From contig JAUGWO010000037.1 of assembly GCA_049724395.1 (NCBI GenBank), positions 1 to 64,000 of the forward strand: 64,000 bases of DNA, given 5' to 3'. Numbering within the stretch: the first letter of the stretch is position 1; each line of letters begins with the position of its first letter. This document shows positions 37,301 through 49,300 of this stretch, piece by piece. The notes under the pieces are model-generated. The model did not search any database, was not told where the DNA came from, and worked only from the letters and a program-made list of their open reading frames with translations. The translations under genes and the position numbers were made by a program. Source of the DNA: Spongospora subterranea f. sp. subterranea (Eukaryota).

Positions 37301-40300
37301 GATCAGACCGCTCGCTGGATTGTACGCGTAGATGAAGGGCGTTTGCGATTGCGCATCGCCATCGAACCCGATCGTCATCGTGTCCCCACGACCGTAGACG
37401 TTGTCGGCATTGGTCGGGTCCGACGCTGTGAACGACTTCACCAGCGCCTGACGGGCGCTCGTGGTCCCGATCACCTCGCTGGTCTCAACGCTGGCCAGGT
37501 CGTTGACGTCCCGGACCGACGCCGTCATGTGATAGGTCGTCTTCTCGTTCAACTGGTTCAACGTGATCGAGTAGAGGGCGTTGGGCGAACTACAGGGGAA
37601 TCCGAACGCCATGTTCGTCCCGTACGTGATCTGACAGGATTTCAAGGCGGCGCCGCCGACCGTGATCGCCGGGGTCTGAACCACCAGCGAACACGACGAC
37701 GAACCGCAGGTCGTGATCGAGAACGACGCGGGTCGATCGGGGGCGTTGCTCAAGGTCCGGACGTCGACCGCGATGGAGAACGGCGACATGTCCATTGTTG
37801 GGGTGTCGTAGCGCCACATGATCGAATAGGTCGTCTTCGGGTTCAGCGACTGAATCACCGCTTTCTGGGCGCCGCTGCCCTGGGAGACGATATCCTGTCC
37901 ATGGAAATTTCGTTGGTGAATTCGTGAACGAGGAAAACGGCGACGATATCGGAACTGACGCGATACGTTTGAGCGACGGAATCGGTCACACGAACGACGA
38001 TGTTCTGGGCGTCAATCGGCAATCCCGGGAGGAGGACGTTGACGACGGTGGCGGATTTGCTCAGGATCGTGATCGGGAACGGCTGGAGCACCGAGAGCCT
38101 CGGGGAACTGTAGCGAACCGACAGCGATGGTGGGCTCTGGGACACCGATCCCGATTGCGATTGGAAACTGGTGACAACGTAGAGCTGGACGGTCTGGCCC
38201 GGGGGGACGACCGAGTTCAGGTCGAAACGGGTGTCGGAGATCGGGCCCCACGATAGTTGGGATATGGCGCCGTCCTGGGCGACCTTGAATATCGAGTACC
38301 AGACCGGGGTCAGGGTCGAGTTGTTGGACCAGGTCAGCGATGTGCCCGTTGGTGTCGACACGATCGGAGGGGGAACGGCCACACGAGCGTTATCCGATAG
38401 GCACTTGCTCTGGAACGATAGAACCTGTGAACGAGGGCGAGATATCAGATGAACATTTTGGATGAGCAACGGGGGGCGCCGTTCACTACATTTACTGGCG
38501 ATAATCCAGTGGTCGAGTAGAAATCGCGTCCACACTTGGTCAGATACTGATCCAGCTCGAACGCGCACGATTCCGAGCAGGGGCTGGTCGGGAATGACGA
38601 TCCCATGATCTGGCATTTGGCCAAGACGGTGGCGATCCGTCCTGGTTGACAGCTCTGATCACAGCTGGACACGGTTCGCGACAACTGCTGTTGCTGAAGG
38701 AACACACAAAGACGCAACGGTTGAATTACGAGCTGAACGGTGATGACGAAAAGGGACCGACCAGCGATTGTAGTGTGAGGAGATCACCGCCCGACGCCAA
38801 TGCCAATTTCGGTTGAACACAGGTCGAGAGGTGCGAACGCATCGCGTCCTGGCACGATGGCGAACACGACGCGATTGGCGAAGTCTGCGGGCACAGGTCA
38901 ACGAACGACCTTCCAGTGATACAGGACGACGCCGAGCACGCCAGCTGTGTTGTCGCCTTCATGGCGTTGGCCTGTTGGCAGATACTGGACGTGGCCTGGT
39001 CCGGGTTGCGGCAGCCTCGCGCCACGATCGTGTCGTTTAGCGCCATGGTGACGTCGCAGGCCCCGGCCGGCTGGGTCTTGGCCCAGGCCAGCGCCGCCGT
39101 GCAATCGGTCTGGATGAACTTGGCGGTCGGATCGCTGTTCGGGTCCATACACCTCGACACGTTCAGCATCGCCTGAATACAGGGGATCGACGACCGATAG
39201 CACAGAACGTTCCCCAGGGACGTGTACTGGCTGGATGGGTCGAAATTCGTCGCCGACGTCGACCCGAATAGCAGACCGCATTGGCCGGACGCCGAGAAGA
39301 TCGTGTCTTTACAGGTGAACGGATCAGCTCGCGTTGACGATTGCGCACAGGTCGCGTTGGAATCCAACGCGTTTTGGGTTTTTAGTTTCAGGCAGAAGTT
39401 GTAGCGGGTGGAGCTCTTCAGACCGTATTGAGTTCCTGAACGAGATCAAAAACCCGAATTAGAACAGATTGATTGACCCGATTGAGGATTGTGGCGCCAG
39501 AACCTGTACAACCGGTGCTGGTGCAACCGCCCATTGGCGATATCCACGAATCCGACTCGAAATTCGATCCCAACGAGGTTCGAGCGCCGTTGGAGTCCAA
39601 TGGCCAATAGCGTATGAACGGCTGGGGAATGTTGCCGACCTGACCGGAACTGGAATATCGCAGGGAGAAGCCCATGGACGTGACGCCCATCGTATCGACC
39701 TTGAGCGACGTAATCGTGGGTGCCGGCAGCACCACGATCGCGTTCGCCTTGGCTCGCAGCGCCAGGCAGTTGTCGATCCCGGCGCTGAGCACGAGCCAGA
39801 CGCGATTCGCCAGGAACTCGGCCTGTTGGATATTGGGCGAGGGCCCATCGGAATCGGCCAGAACCAGACTGTAAAGCTGGTCCTCGTTGGGCAATATCTG
39901 GGACGATATATCCTGGTTCAGGTTCAGACCGTAATTGGTCAGGACGTGGTCGAGATGGGCGATCATCGACGTGAAACTGTTCTGCAGATCGGTGGTCGTC
40001 AGAGGTTGACCCTGGGTCGACGACCAGACCAGGATCGAACTCAGGTCGCGGTTCAGACGATCCAATACCGACGATTTCAACGACAGCGAGAACGACATCC
40101 CGTTGGTGTCGCTGAGACAGATTCCCTGAATTGGAATATCGGACCCTTTCGGGACTGGATATGCCGATCCCGACGACGAAAACCTAATGGAAAAAAATCG
40201 GTGACATCGGGGCGATTTGTCAATGAACAAGGGAAACGCACTTGGAGCAATCCGAGGTCATTGACGTCCAGATCTGATTGACAATGTTCCAGAGGAATAG

Positions 40301-43300
40301 CGATTGATCGAGCGTTGCGGTAGACGAAAGGGCGAACATTTCCCGGGTCGGCAGTGATTGTGGGAAGAACAGCCTGTGGAACAATGATCAGTTTTGAACC
40401 GCGCTGGGGAAGGGAGGAGAGATCTGAAGGGCGGGAGGAGTTCCTTACTGGGAATTGTTCAAAGACGATAGACCCATGGCGATGAAGGTCCTGGCCTGGT
40501 TCATGGTGAGAGAGTGACTCGACAACTGATCGAGCGGAATCGCGCTCAGACGCGACAGAGTCCTTCTCACGACCGATACCGACACGATCTCGCAGAATCG
40601 TCCCTGAGCAGAAATCGTGAGAAAAACACGGGTTGAACGTTCGGCGATGGATGTTTTAACCAGGGGCGTAGGGCTGGATCCGGTGCCGATTGGACTTGGC
40701 GATTTCAGTCCACGACAAAGGTCGATCTGGGTTTGCCAGAAACGCCAAACCGTGTTCGATAGGAGATCCGCTTGGATGAAGACCGACAGATCATTAGAAT
40801 CGGTGGCGAATTCGTTCCAGAGGAGCGTGTAGAGCTGGTTCTGGTTCGGGATCGACGCGATGTCCTGATCGAGGTTCAGTTTCGACGCGGCGAGGACGTT
40901 GCCCAGACGCTGGAGCATCGTGGCGTAGCCGGTGGTGATGTCGGTCGGCGACACAGTGATGCCCAGCGAGCTCAAATACGTCACGAGCGGGTCGCGGTTG
41001 GCGTTCAGACTGTTCAGCACCGCCGTTTGCGTCGACGACGAGAACGCGACGCCGTTGGTGTTGAGGAAGCAGAGACCGGAGACGGGGAGATTTGACCCGA
41101 GAGGGATCGGATAATCGGACAACTTCATCGATTGTCTCGCTCTGTTTCCGCGAATATGGGGTTTAGGTCGTCGAACAGTCGGTGAACGTGAAATTACCTG
41201 GAGCAATCGGACTTCATCGAGGCCCACACTTGATTGACGAGCGGGAACAGGATCGATATCTGGAACGATGTGGCACCCGATCGGGAGGCGAATGATGTCT
41301 GGGTGGGCAGGGATTGTGCCGAGATGAACCTGTTTAATGGAGATGAGGTTGGGGGAAACGAGATGACGATGACGAGCAATGAGGACGACGTACTGGTCGA
41401 CGTTGAGACTGGAGATACCGGTGGTGATCAGGCGGATCGCATCAGACTGGATCATGGTCAGTTTCGTGAGGACGGTGCTGTTCAACACATTCGGCAGACG
41501 GAACAGGGTGCGATTGTAAACCGTTGACGACATCGCCTCGCAAAACTGGAAGGAAAAACAAACAGCGAATTAGGCGCGGGAGATCACAGAACTCGGTTCT
41601 GGGGGATTTACAATGGGATCGCCAGATTTGGGGGAATTTGATGGGGAATTGTTATTCCCATTGCTGGGACAAAGCTCAGAATTAGACGATGAACGCGATG
41701 GCAACAGACGAACAACAGATTACATTGTGGCGCAATCCTGCATCGGTTGATTGCTACTCCAAGCGAAGACGATGACGCTGGCGATATCGTTGGCCATCTT
41801 CTGCTGATTGTTGACCAACATCAGCAGCTGAGTGGCCAGGTCATCTTTCGACGGCAACATCTCCTTCGTCAATCGGAACGGGAACATCGACGCCCAGAAC
41901 CGGGAATTCGCCCAGGTGCGGAGGACTGACGTCGCCTGACCGATATCGACCTGGACACCTGATCGCCAACATTAACGATCTCAATCGATGTCCATTCCAG
42001 ATTGATTACCCAACGAGCTGGAGGCGATCGACAATCCATTAGCGACATTGTTGACAAACACTGAGCTGGACGACGCCGAGAAGCACATCGACGGCGTCGG
42101 CATTGCCCTGAAAAACACAAAAATTTTTGTTCAGTCGGTGGTGTAATGACGAACGCGAGGCGATATCACGTTTGGGGACCAGAACAGGAACCAATGCCCA
42201 TCCGACGCCACGAGTCCCAGATGGCGGCGCTCGTGTCCCGAGCGGATTCGAACGTGAACCAGGGGTCGGGACATCAGCATCAGCGTCAGCGCCATCGTGT
42301 CGGGAAACTGGTCGACCGATGTCGACACCATCAGCGACATCCTGTTGGGGAAACCCACAAAACGGTGTGTCAACGACAGCGAGATGTGGACGAACAAGTC
42401 GGCGGGCACCGACTTGGACATGGCGTTGCGTTTGTTGATCTCCGGGTAGTTCGGGGGGAGCGCTGATAAAGTTCGGTTCAGGAACAGAGACGAATCGGCT
42501 TTGAAACTGGAGAAACGGATCAGGGTTCGTTGGAAAAAGGGAAGGTGTTTGAGATCAGGGGGGAACGCACCAGAACTGCTCGTTGAAGAAGGTGTTGTGG
42601 AACTGAGGACATCCAGCGCCAATAAACGATAGGGAACGGTATAAGGCGTATATTAATGTGGTCGACTCCTGATCTTGTAGACCATACGATCGCAGCGTCG
42701 GGCGCATTCGACTGAAACTCGGAAACGACAAATGGGGCTGGAGAAGAAATTGAGCGGATCATTCTGGGAACGAGCGCTCGGCACTTACCAGGTCGCCTTG
42801 TTTCACGTAATCGATAAGACATTTGAGGGCGTTTTGGAGACGGAATGAGGGATCGGAACCTAGGTCGCATTGGCTGGGAATGTTATTGGACGAACCTTGA
42901 GGGAATGGGGACAACTGCATGGAACCGAATGAGGAAGGGTTGGGAGGGTTCGATGGGAAGAATGAGATTTGGGGTTGGTTGAACGAGGAAGGGTTCGGGC
43001 CATTACTCATTGATTGTGGTTGAAACGATTGGGACACGAACGATGAGAGATTCGGGAATTTAGTCGCAGATCCAAACTGGGATGAACCCGATGGCATCGG
43101 CGATGAGAACATTTGGGAAAGGAATGGCGAAGATGGACCGGGACCTTTTGAGGAAAACGGCTGGAACGATGGCGAGAAGGAGGATGGACCAGGACCCATC
43201 GAGGAGAACGGCTGGAACGATGGCGAGAAGGACGAAGGACCGGGACCCATCGAGGAGAACGGCTGGAACGATGGCGAGAAGGACGAAGGACCGGGACCCA

Positions 43301-46300
43301 TTAACGAGAACGGCTGGAACGATGGCGAAAACGATGACGGACCAGGACCCATGGAGGGGAACGGTTGAAATGATGGCGAGAAGGACGATGGACCAGGACC
43401 CATTGACGAGAATTGCTGGAATGATGGCGGAGGGATATTGGGGGACGAACCTGTGCCCATTGGTTGACCATTCTGTGGCGGCTGATAGTTCTGATTGTCG
43501 AAACTGTAAGGGATCGATACCCGACCGGATTGGATATCGTTGATAGCGTTGGTGGTCATGGCGACAATCTGATCGTAAAACTGTGGCCCGGTCGTCGTGT
43601 CTGGAACACACAATTGGGACACGATCGGGACATCAGACGCCGTGTCATTGTTCTGAAACAGGGTGGAAAAACAACACAAGATCAGGGGGACTGGAGTGGG
43701 AGATAGACGAGATCGTACCTGAAACCCAATGATCGTGGGAATGAGATCAGTGCAGAAGGAGGAGACGGTTTGAGGGCCATAATGATTATCAGGATCGGAC
43801 AGAAGAGTTCTAAAACACGACAACATCGAGGGAATAGTCTCGTGCTCAGCTGGCGCACTCGAGTTCAGGTATTTCAGCGCATTCAACCACCTAGTCGACG
43901 CCGACAGAAAATCGTCGATCTTCAGCCCCAGATCGATTTCATCGACCGCAAAGACCGGGTACAGTCGTTTAGCCGCTGCAAGTTTCGAGGGGAACGACGC
44001 CCGAAGGATCGAGAGATACTCTGACGAAGTCTGACCGGGAGCGTAGGGCAAACTCGAGATGGGAAGGGCAACGCTAGCGGAAGCGTTGGCCAGCTGACAT
44101 GACGACAAGAGCAGTGCCAGAGTAATATTCGCCACGATCGAGGCCTGAGGCAACGGCAGATCCGGCGACATGAAGGTCTTGGCCAGAACGGTGAACGAAG
44201 GGAACGGCGCCAGTGAAACTGTGGCCAACGTGGAGTAGTTGGCGGATATGAACGAGTTGAGTCGGGCGATGGCAGCGCCCTTCGGAATCCCACTGCCGTC
44301 GAGCAAAAACGCCATCTTGCCAATCATTGATGCCCGCCAACGGTCTGATGGCGTCGAGGCGATGCACGAATGCAGCTTCTGTAGGGCCGGCGTCTCTGTC
44401 GACCTGAATCTGAACAACGACAATCGACATCAGGTGTTTCGCCACGACAACAATGGGGGGAAACCGACAGTTTCGAAGAATCGACTGGGGTGAACCCGAG
44501 CGACGTCGGACAGAACTTGTACTCGAGGACCGCCGACTGTTCTCGCCACGCTTGGGCGATGGCAATCGCATCCGGATCTGAACAGACGGGGCAGGGATCA
44601 GTGACGAATGACGTTGGTCTGGACGAGGGGTAATCGTACATCCCCGGAACTGCAGCTCCGCCTGAATCCAATCCGATTCCGGCAGAGAATCCCAGTTGAT
44701 CACCGCGCTCGTGTTGAACCCTTCGCTGGTCAGGACGGTCCTCAGGTTGGCGACGGCCTAAGCCAACAACAGTTCAGGCCCCGAAAGCAACGGCGACAGC
44801 TCCCGGTTGATACGTTGGGGAAGTTGATCTGCGCGGTGGACGGCGAGGTCTGCATCCCGTCGATCAGTTTCTGAATGTATTGGCTCCTGGTCATCGTCAG
44901 AACGGCGTTCGGATCCCCCTGTTTCCGTCGTCGATCGACGTCGCTCATCAGACACGTCGTCGGGTCGAAGAAATTTCCCCCATGTCCACCACATGTGGGA
45001 AACCCTATTGAAAACCATTCTCAACGGTCCGATCGACATTCTCCCTAACCGCATTTCGAGCAATTACCTTTGGATTGACAGGTGGTGAAGTTCCTTGTCA
45101 GAATTCCCTCGAACACGATGTGGCTGATGGTGCTATAGGCCATGAGCGACCCCATGGCGCTATCGGCCCAGGGATTGTCCATGTAACGGGACACAGCAAT
45201 CTGTTGCAATGCTGGCAATGTTGGCAATGTCTTATGGGAGAGCGTGACGTCGTGGAGATAGGACAGGTCGGCGAAAAACTGGGCGGTTTGGTTGGGAAAA
45301 AATGCCAGAAAGGGCGCGATCTGACGCTCCAGCAACTGTTGAACAGAGGGCATCAGATCGGCAACGTCGTTCTTGAGAGTTTGCAGGAACGCGGCGCCGG
45401 TCATGGTTTTGGACGCGCACAGCAAACAGAGATCAATTCCATCGCTACGACTGGCGATGTACTGATAACCGCCATTGTTGGAATTGAAAGACGGTCCAGG
45501 AGTTGGGATTTGCGATTGCCTAATAGGATAATCAAATTTGGATCGTGAACTGATTCTTCAGGGAAAACGCACTGATATCCGCACGATCGGATCCCGAACT
45601 GGCGCCATCCGTTCCAGATCAGGGCGCTGGCCTTCTTGGCCACATCGTACGAGAGCGTCGGGTCCTGCAATAACAGTTGGGCGAGCTGATCGGTCGACGG
45701 GAACTGATCGATCGTCCGGTAGGGCGACAATAACGCCATTGACAACAGTCTGAACAACGTCCCTGAAACTCCATTTCACTGATAATCGTTGTCAATTACC
45801 TGTCCCAGGCGCCTTGTTTCTGGGGCTGAGTAAAACTGTTAGGAAATGACGACCAAGTTCGATTGAAGAGCGCAGAAGAGTCGGCGTTGAAGCTGTTGGG
45901 ATATCAGAGAACGAATGGGAAAACAGTGGAGGGAGAGAGGTCAAACCAGAGCGGTTCGTAGAAGAAATCGAATCTGAAATTTGGGCAACCGGATCCAATT
46001 GCGGCCGTCGCTTTGAACAGAGCGTATACGACGGTCAACGACTCCTGATCTTGTAATCCATAGGATCGTAGAGTGGATAACGATCGAGACAGACTCGGAA
46101 GCGCCAAATGCGACTAGAGACTCGGGGTCAGTTTGTGGGAAAGTGGGAGGAGAGACCAGTTTACGAGATCGGTTTGGGGTATGAAGGAAAGGAGACAGTT
46201 CATGGCGGTCTGAAGACGTAATGATGAGATTACGTTGAGATCGCATTTGGGGGGAATTGAACTTGGAGAAGGAGATGAATTGATCTCCAGAGCGATAAAT

Positions 46301-49300
46301 TTGGGGATGAAACTTGATGAACCAGGAGATGAACTCTTTGAAAGAGCGGGAGAGCTCATTGAAAGACCGGGAGAGCTCATTGAAGGACCGGGAGAGCTCA
46401 TTGAAGGACCGGGAGAGCTCATCGAGGGACCGGGAGAACTCATTGAAGGACCGGGAGAACTCATCGAGGGACCGGGAGAAGAATTCTTTGAAGGACCGGG
46501 AGAACTCATTGAGGGCCCGGGTGAAGAATTCATCGAAGAACCGGGAAATGAACTCTTTGAGGGACCGGGAGAGAGAGGTTGATTTGTGGGGGAACTTGGC
46601 GAGGGGCTCATCGGTGAATTTGGTGAAAATGAGGAAAACTGAATCGACTGAGGCGGTGGTGAATTGAACGGCATTGTGTTAGGGGATGGGCCATTTTGCT
46701 GCTGCTGCTGTTGTCCCTGTGAACCAAAACCGTACGGGATCATGACCTTCCCTGATTGAACTCCCACAATCACCTCCAACGCCAATCCGGTGATCTGGCT
46801 GAAGAACGCGTCACCGGACGTGTCTTTAGGAACACAAAGTTGGGACGATATTGAGAGATCATTGGCCTGATCATGCTACGACACCATAACAACAATCAGA
46901 ACCTCAACATACAGTAAAACCGGGTTTTCTTTGTGCACTTACTGGCGCCTGGAGCAGAGCTGGAATCAGGATTGTGCAAACGGTGACGATTGTTTGTGGA
47001 CTGTATTTGCCAGCAGGATTGGATGAAAGGATCTTGAGACAGGTTAATGGTGATGGTAAAGTCTCGTGCTCAGCTAGAACAGAAGAGTTCAGATATGATA
47101 AGGCGTTGAGATACCTCATCGTGGACGATTGGAAATCGTTGACCTCCAATCCGAGAGCGATTTGTTGGGCGAATACCACAGGGAACACCTTCTGGGCTGC
47201 TGAGAGTTTCGACGAAAAAGACGTTCGTAGATTGAAGAGAAACGAAGCCGAAGTTTGGCCAGGAAACGGGTTTAGCGATGAAATCGGGAGATCAACGGTG
47301 GTTGAGTTGTCGAGAAAGGCGCACGATGAATAGAGCAAGGTGATGGTGTAATTGGCGACGATTTCAGCCTGAGATAAAGGAAGATCCGACGACGTGAACA
47401 AACGTGAAAGATCGGTACGGGAAGGCAACGAGGAAGACGAACTCGGCGACGCTAACGAGGAGAGATTGGAAACCAGGAATGCGTCGAGTTTGGCGATGGC
47501 GATTGACGTTGGGATACCGGCGTCGCCGAGTAGGTAATCGAGGGCGGACGTCAAACGCCATCGCCAATCACCTAGCGATCTATAGGCGAGGCATTGGTGA
47601 ATCTGTCCCAATGTGTCCTCTTGTTTAACGCCCAAACTGGCGAAGAGAGATCAGATCAAACGGATATTATATAAGGGGGAAGCGCTTACAGATTCGACGA
47701 GTTCACGGGAGCGAACGACGGCGAAGGCGAGCAGTATTTCCCTTCCAGTTTCGCCAACTGTTCTTGCCAGGCCTGAGCTAGCAGTGTGGCGTTCGCCTCT
47801 ACAACAACCCACAAACAATCAGCCTGCAACGACCACCAACGTGAAGAACCGAAATCCACGAACGCTTTCGGAATCTGAGTTCGGCCTCAATCCAATCTGC
47901 TTCCGGTAATGATTCCCAGTTCATTGGTGAACTTGTGTTGAACCCTTCGCCGGCCAGAATGGATTTCAACCCGATCAACGCCTGAAAAAAAAAACAGAAC
48001 CAATGGTCAGCTTTGGGGGGTTAGGACAAGCAAATATCCGATCGACCTGGTTGAAGTTGCCGTTGGAGATCGGGGACTTCTGCATTCCGTCAATGAGCTC
48101 GTTGATGTATTGGCGCCGGGACATGGTCAGAGACGCGTTCGGATCCGTTTGGCGTCGGCGATCGGCGTCGCTGATCAGACAGGAAGTTGGGTCGAAGAAG
48201 TTTCCACCGTGTCCACCACATGTGGGAAACCCTGAACATCAGCACGAACAGGGTGTTCAGAACAGCAATATACGTTGACGACGGAGAGAGAACACGAAAT
48301 TCACCTTTAGCTTGACACATTGTGAAGTTTCTCGGTAAACACACTCGGAATACGACGTCGTTGACGAAGGCGTACGCGCGGCGTCGGTTGTCGAAAGACT
48401 GATCGGGACCGTATTTCATGGACAGGATACGCTGCATTCCCGAGTGGGTCGGGATGGTTCGATGGGTGAGATTGGCGCCATGAAGATACGCCAGGTCGGC
48501 GAAGAATTGGGCGGTTTGGTTGGCGAGCACATCGGTCATGGCGCTGAGCGACTGACCGAACAACTGGACAGAGGACGGCATCATGTCGTCGACGTCGTGT
48601 CGGAGGATGTCCAGGAACCGATCGCCGGTCAAATTTCTGGGAAGGCAGAACAGGCAGAGGTCAACCCCATCCCGACGAGATGGATATAATTGGTTCTGGT
48701 CATTGGGGGGATTGTTGGGATCGGGATTCGGTTGCGGTGGTTGATATGAGGGCGGTCCCATTGTTGGTGGCGCCATCGATGGGCCAACAGTGCTGGGAAA
48801 ACGGACCCGATTTCAGATTTTTTTCTGAAAAACTTGACGATTGCGATAAGAGTGATTACCTCCCGCATGGAAAACTTGCCAAATATCGCCAATATTCCCA
48901 GATCATCGAGCTCGCTCTGGTCGCAGAATCGACGGTGAACTCGGTCGATTTCACAAGTTCCACAACGATCGTGGACCTCAGGGGCAAATTATCATATGAA
49001 AACCCCTTATCCATAATCGTCCTCGTCAACCTGATATCAATTTCTCAGCGACAAATGCAAACGATTATCGGACGAATCAAACGTCACATTTGTCGAATAG
49101 CTGCGATCTGGGGACCTGTAAACGCGCCCTGAATCGACGAGATCGCAATTTCGACAAACGCGGGTTTGTCATAGATGGGGAAACTGTTGGTGTTTGACGG
49201 GTTCAGATGAATTGTGCCAATTAGGGATATGATCAGGGGTGTGCTCTAACCACGACGGCTGGATAAAATATGTCGAGGGGAACTGGGCGCAACCGAGCTC

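Noticed and set aside
37265..40281. Long plus-strand ORFs opposite the giant gene (e.g. 37265-37927, 39469-40281)
   Set aside because: Antisense shadows of GC-rich coding exons
46235..46667. ELIEGPG and SSLKDRE repeat ORFs on the + strand
   Set aside because: Antisense readings of the SSPGPSM coding repeat
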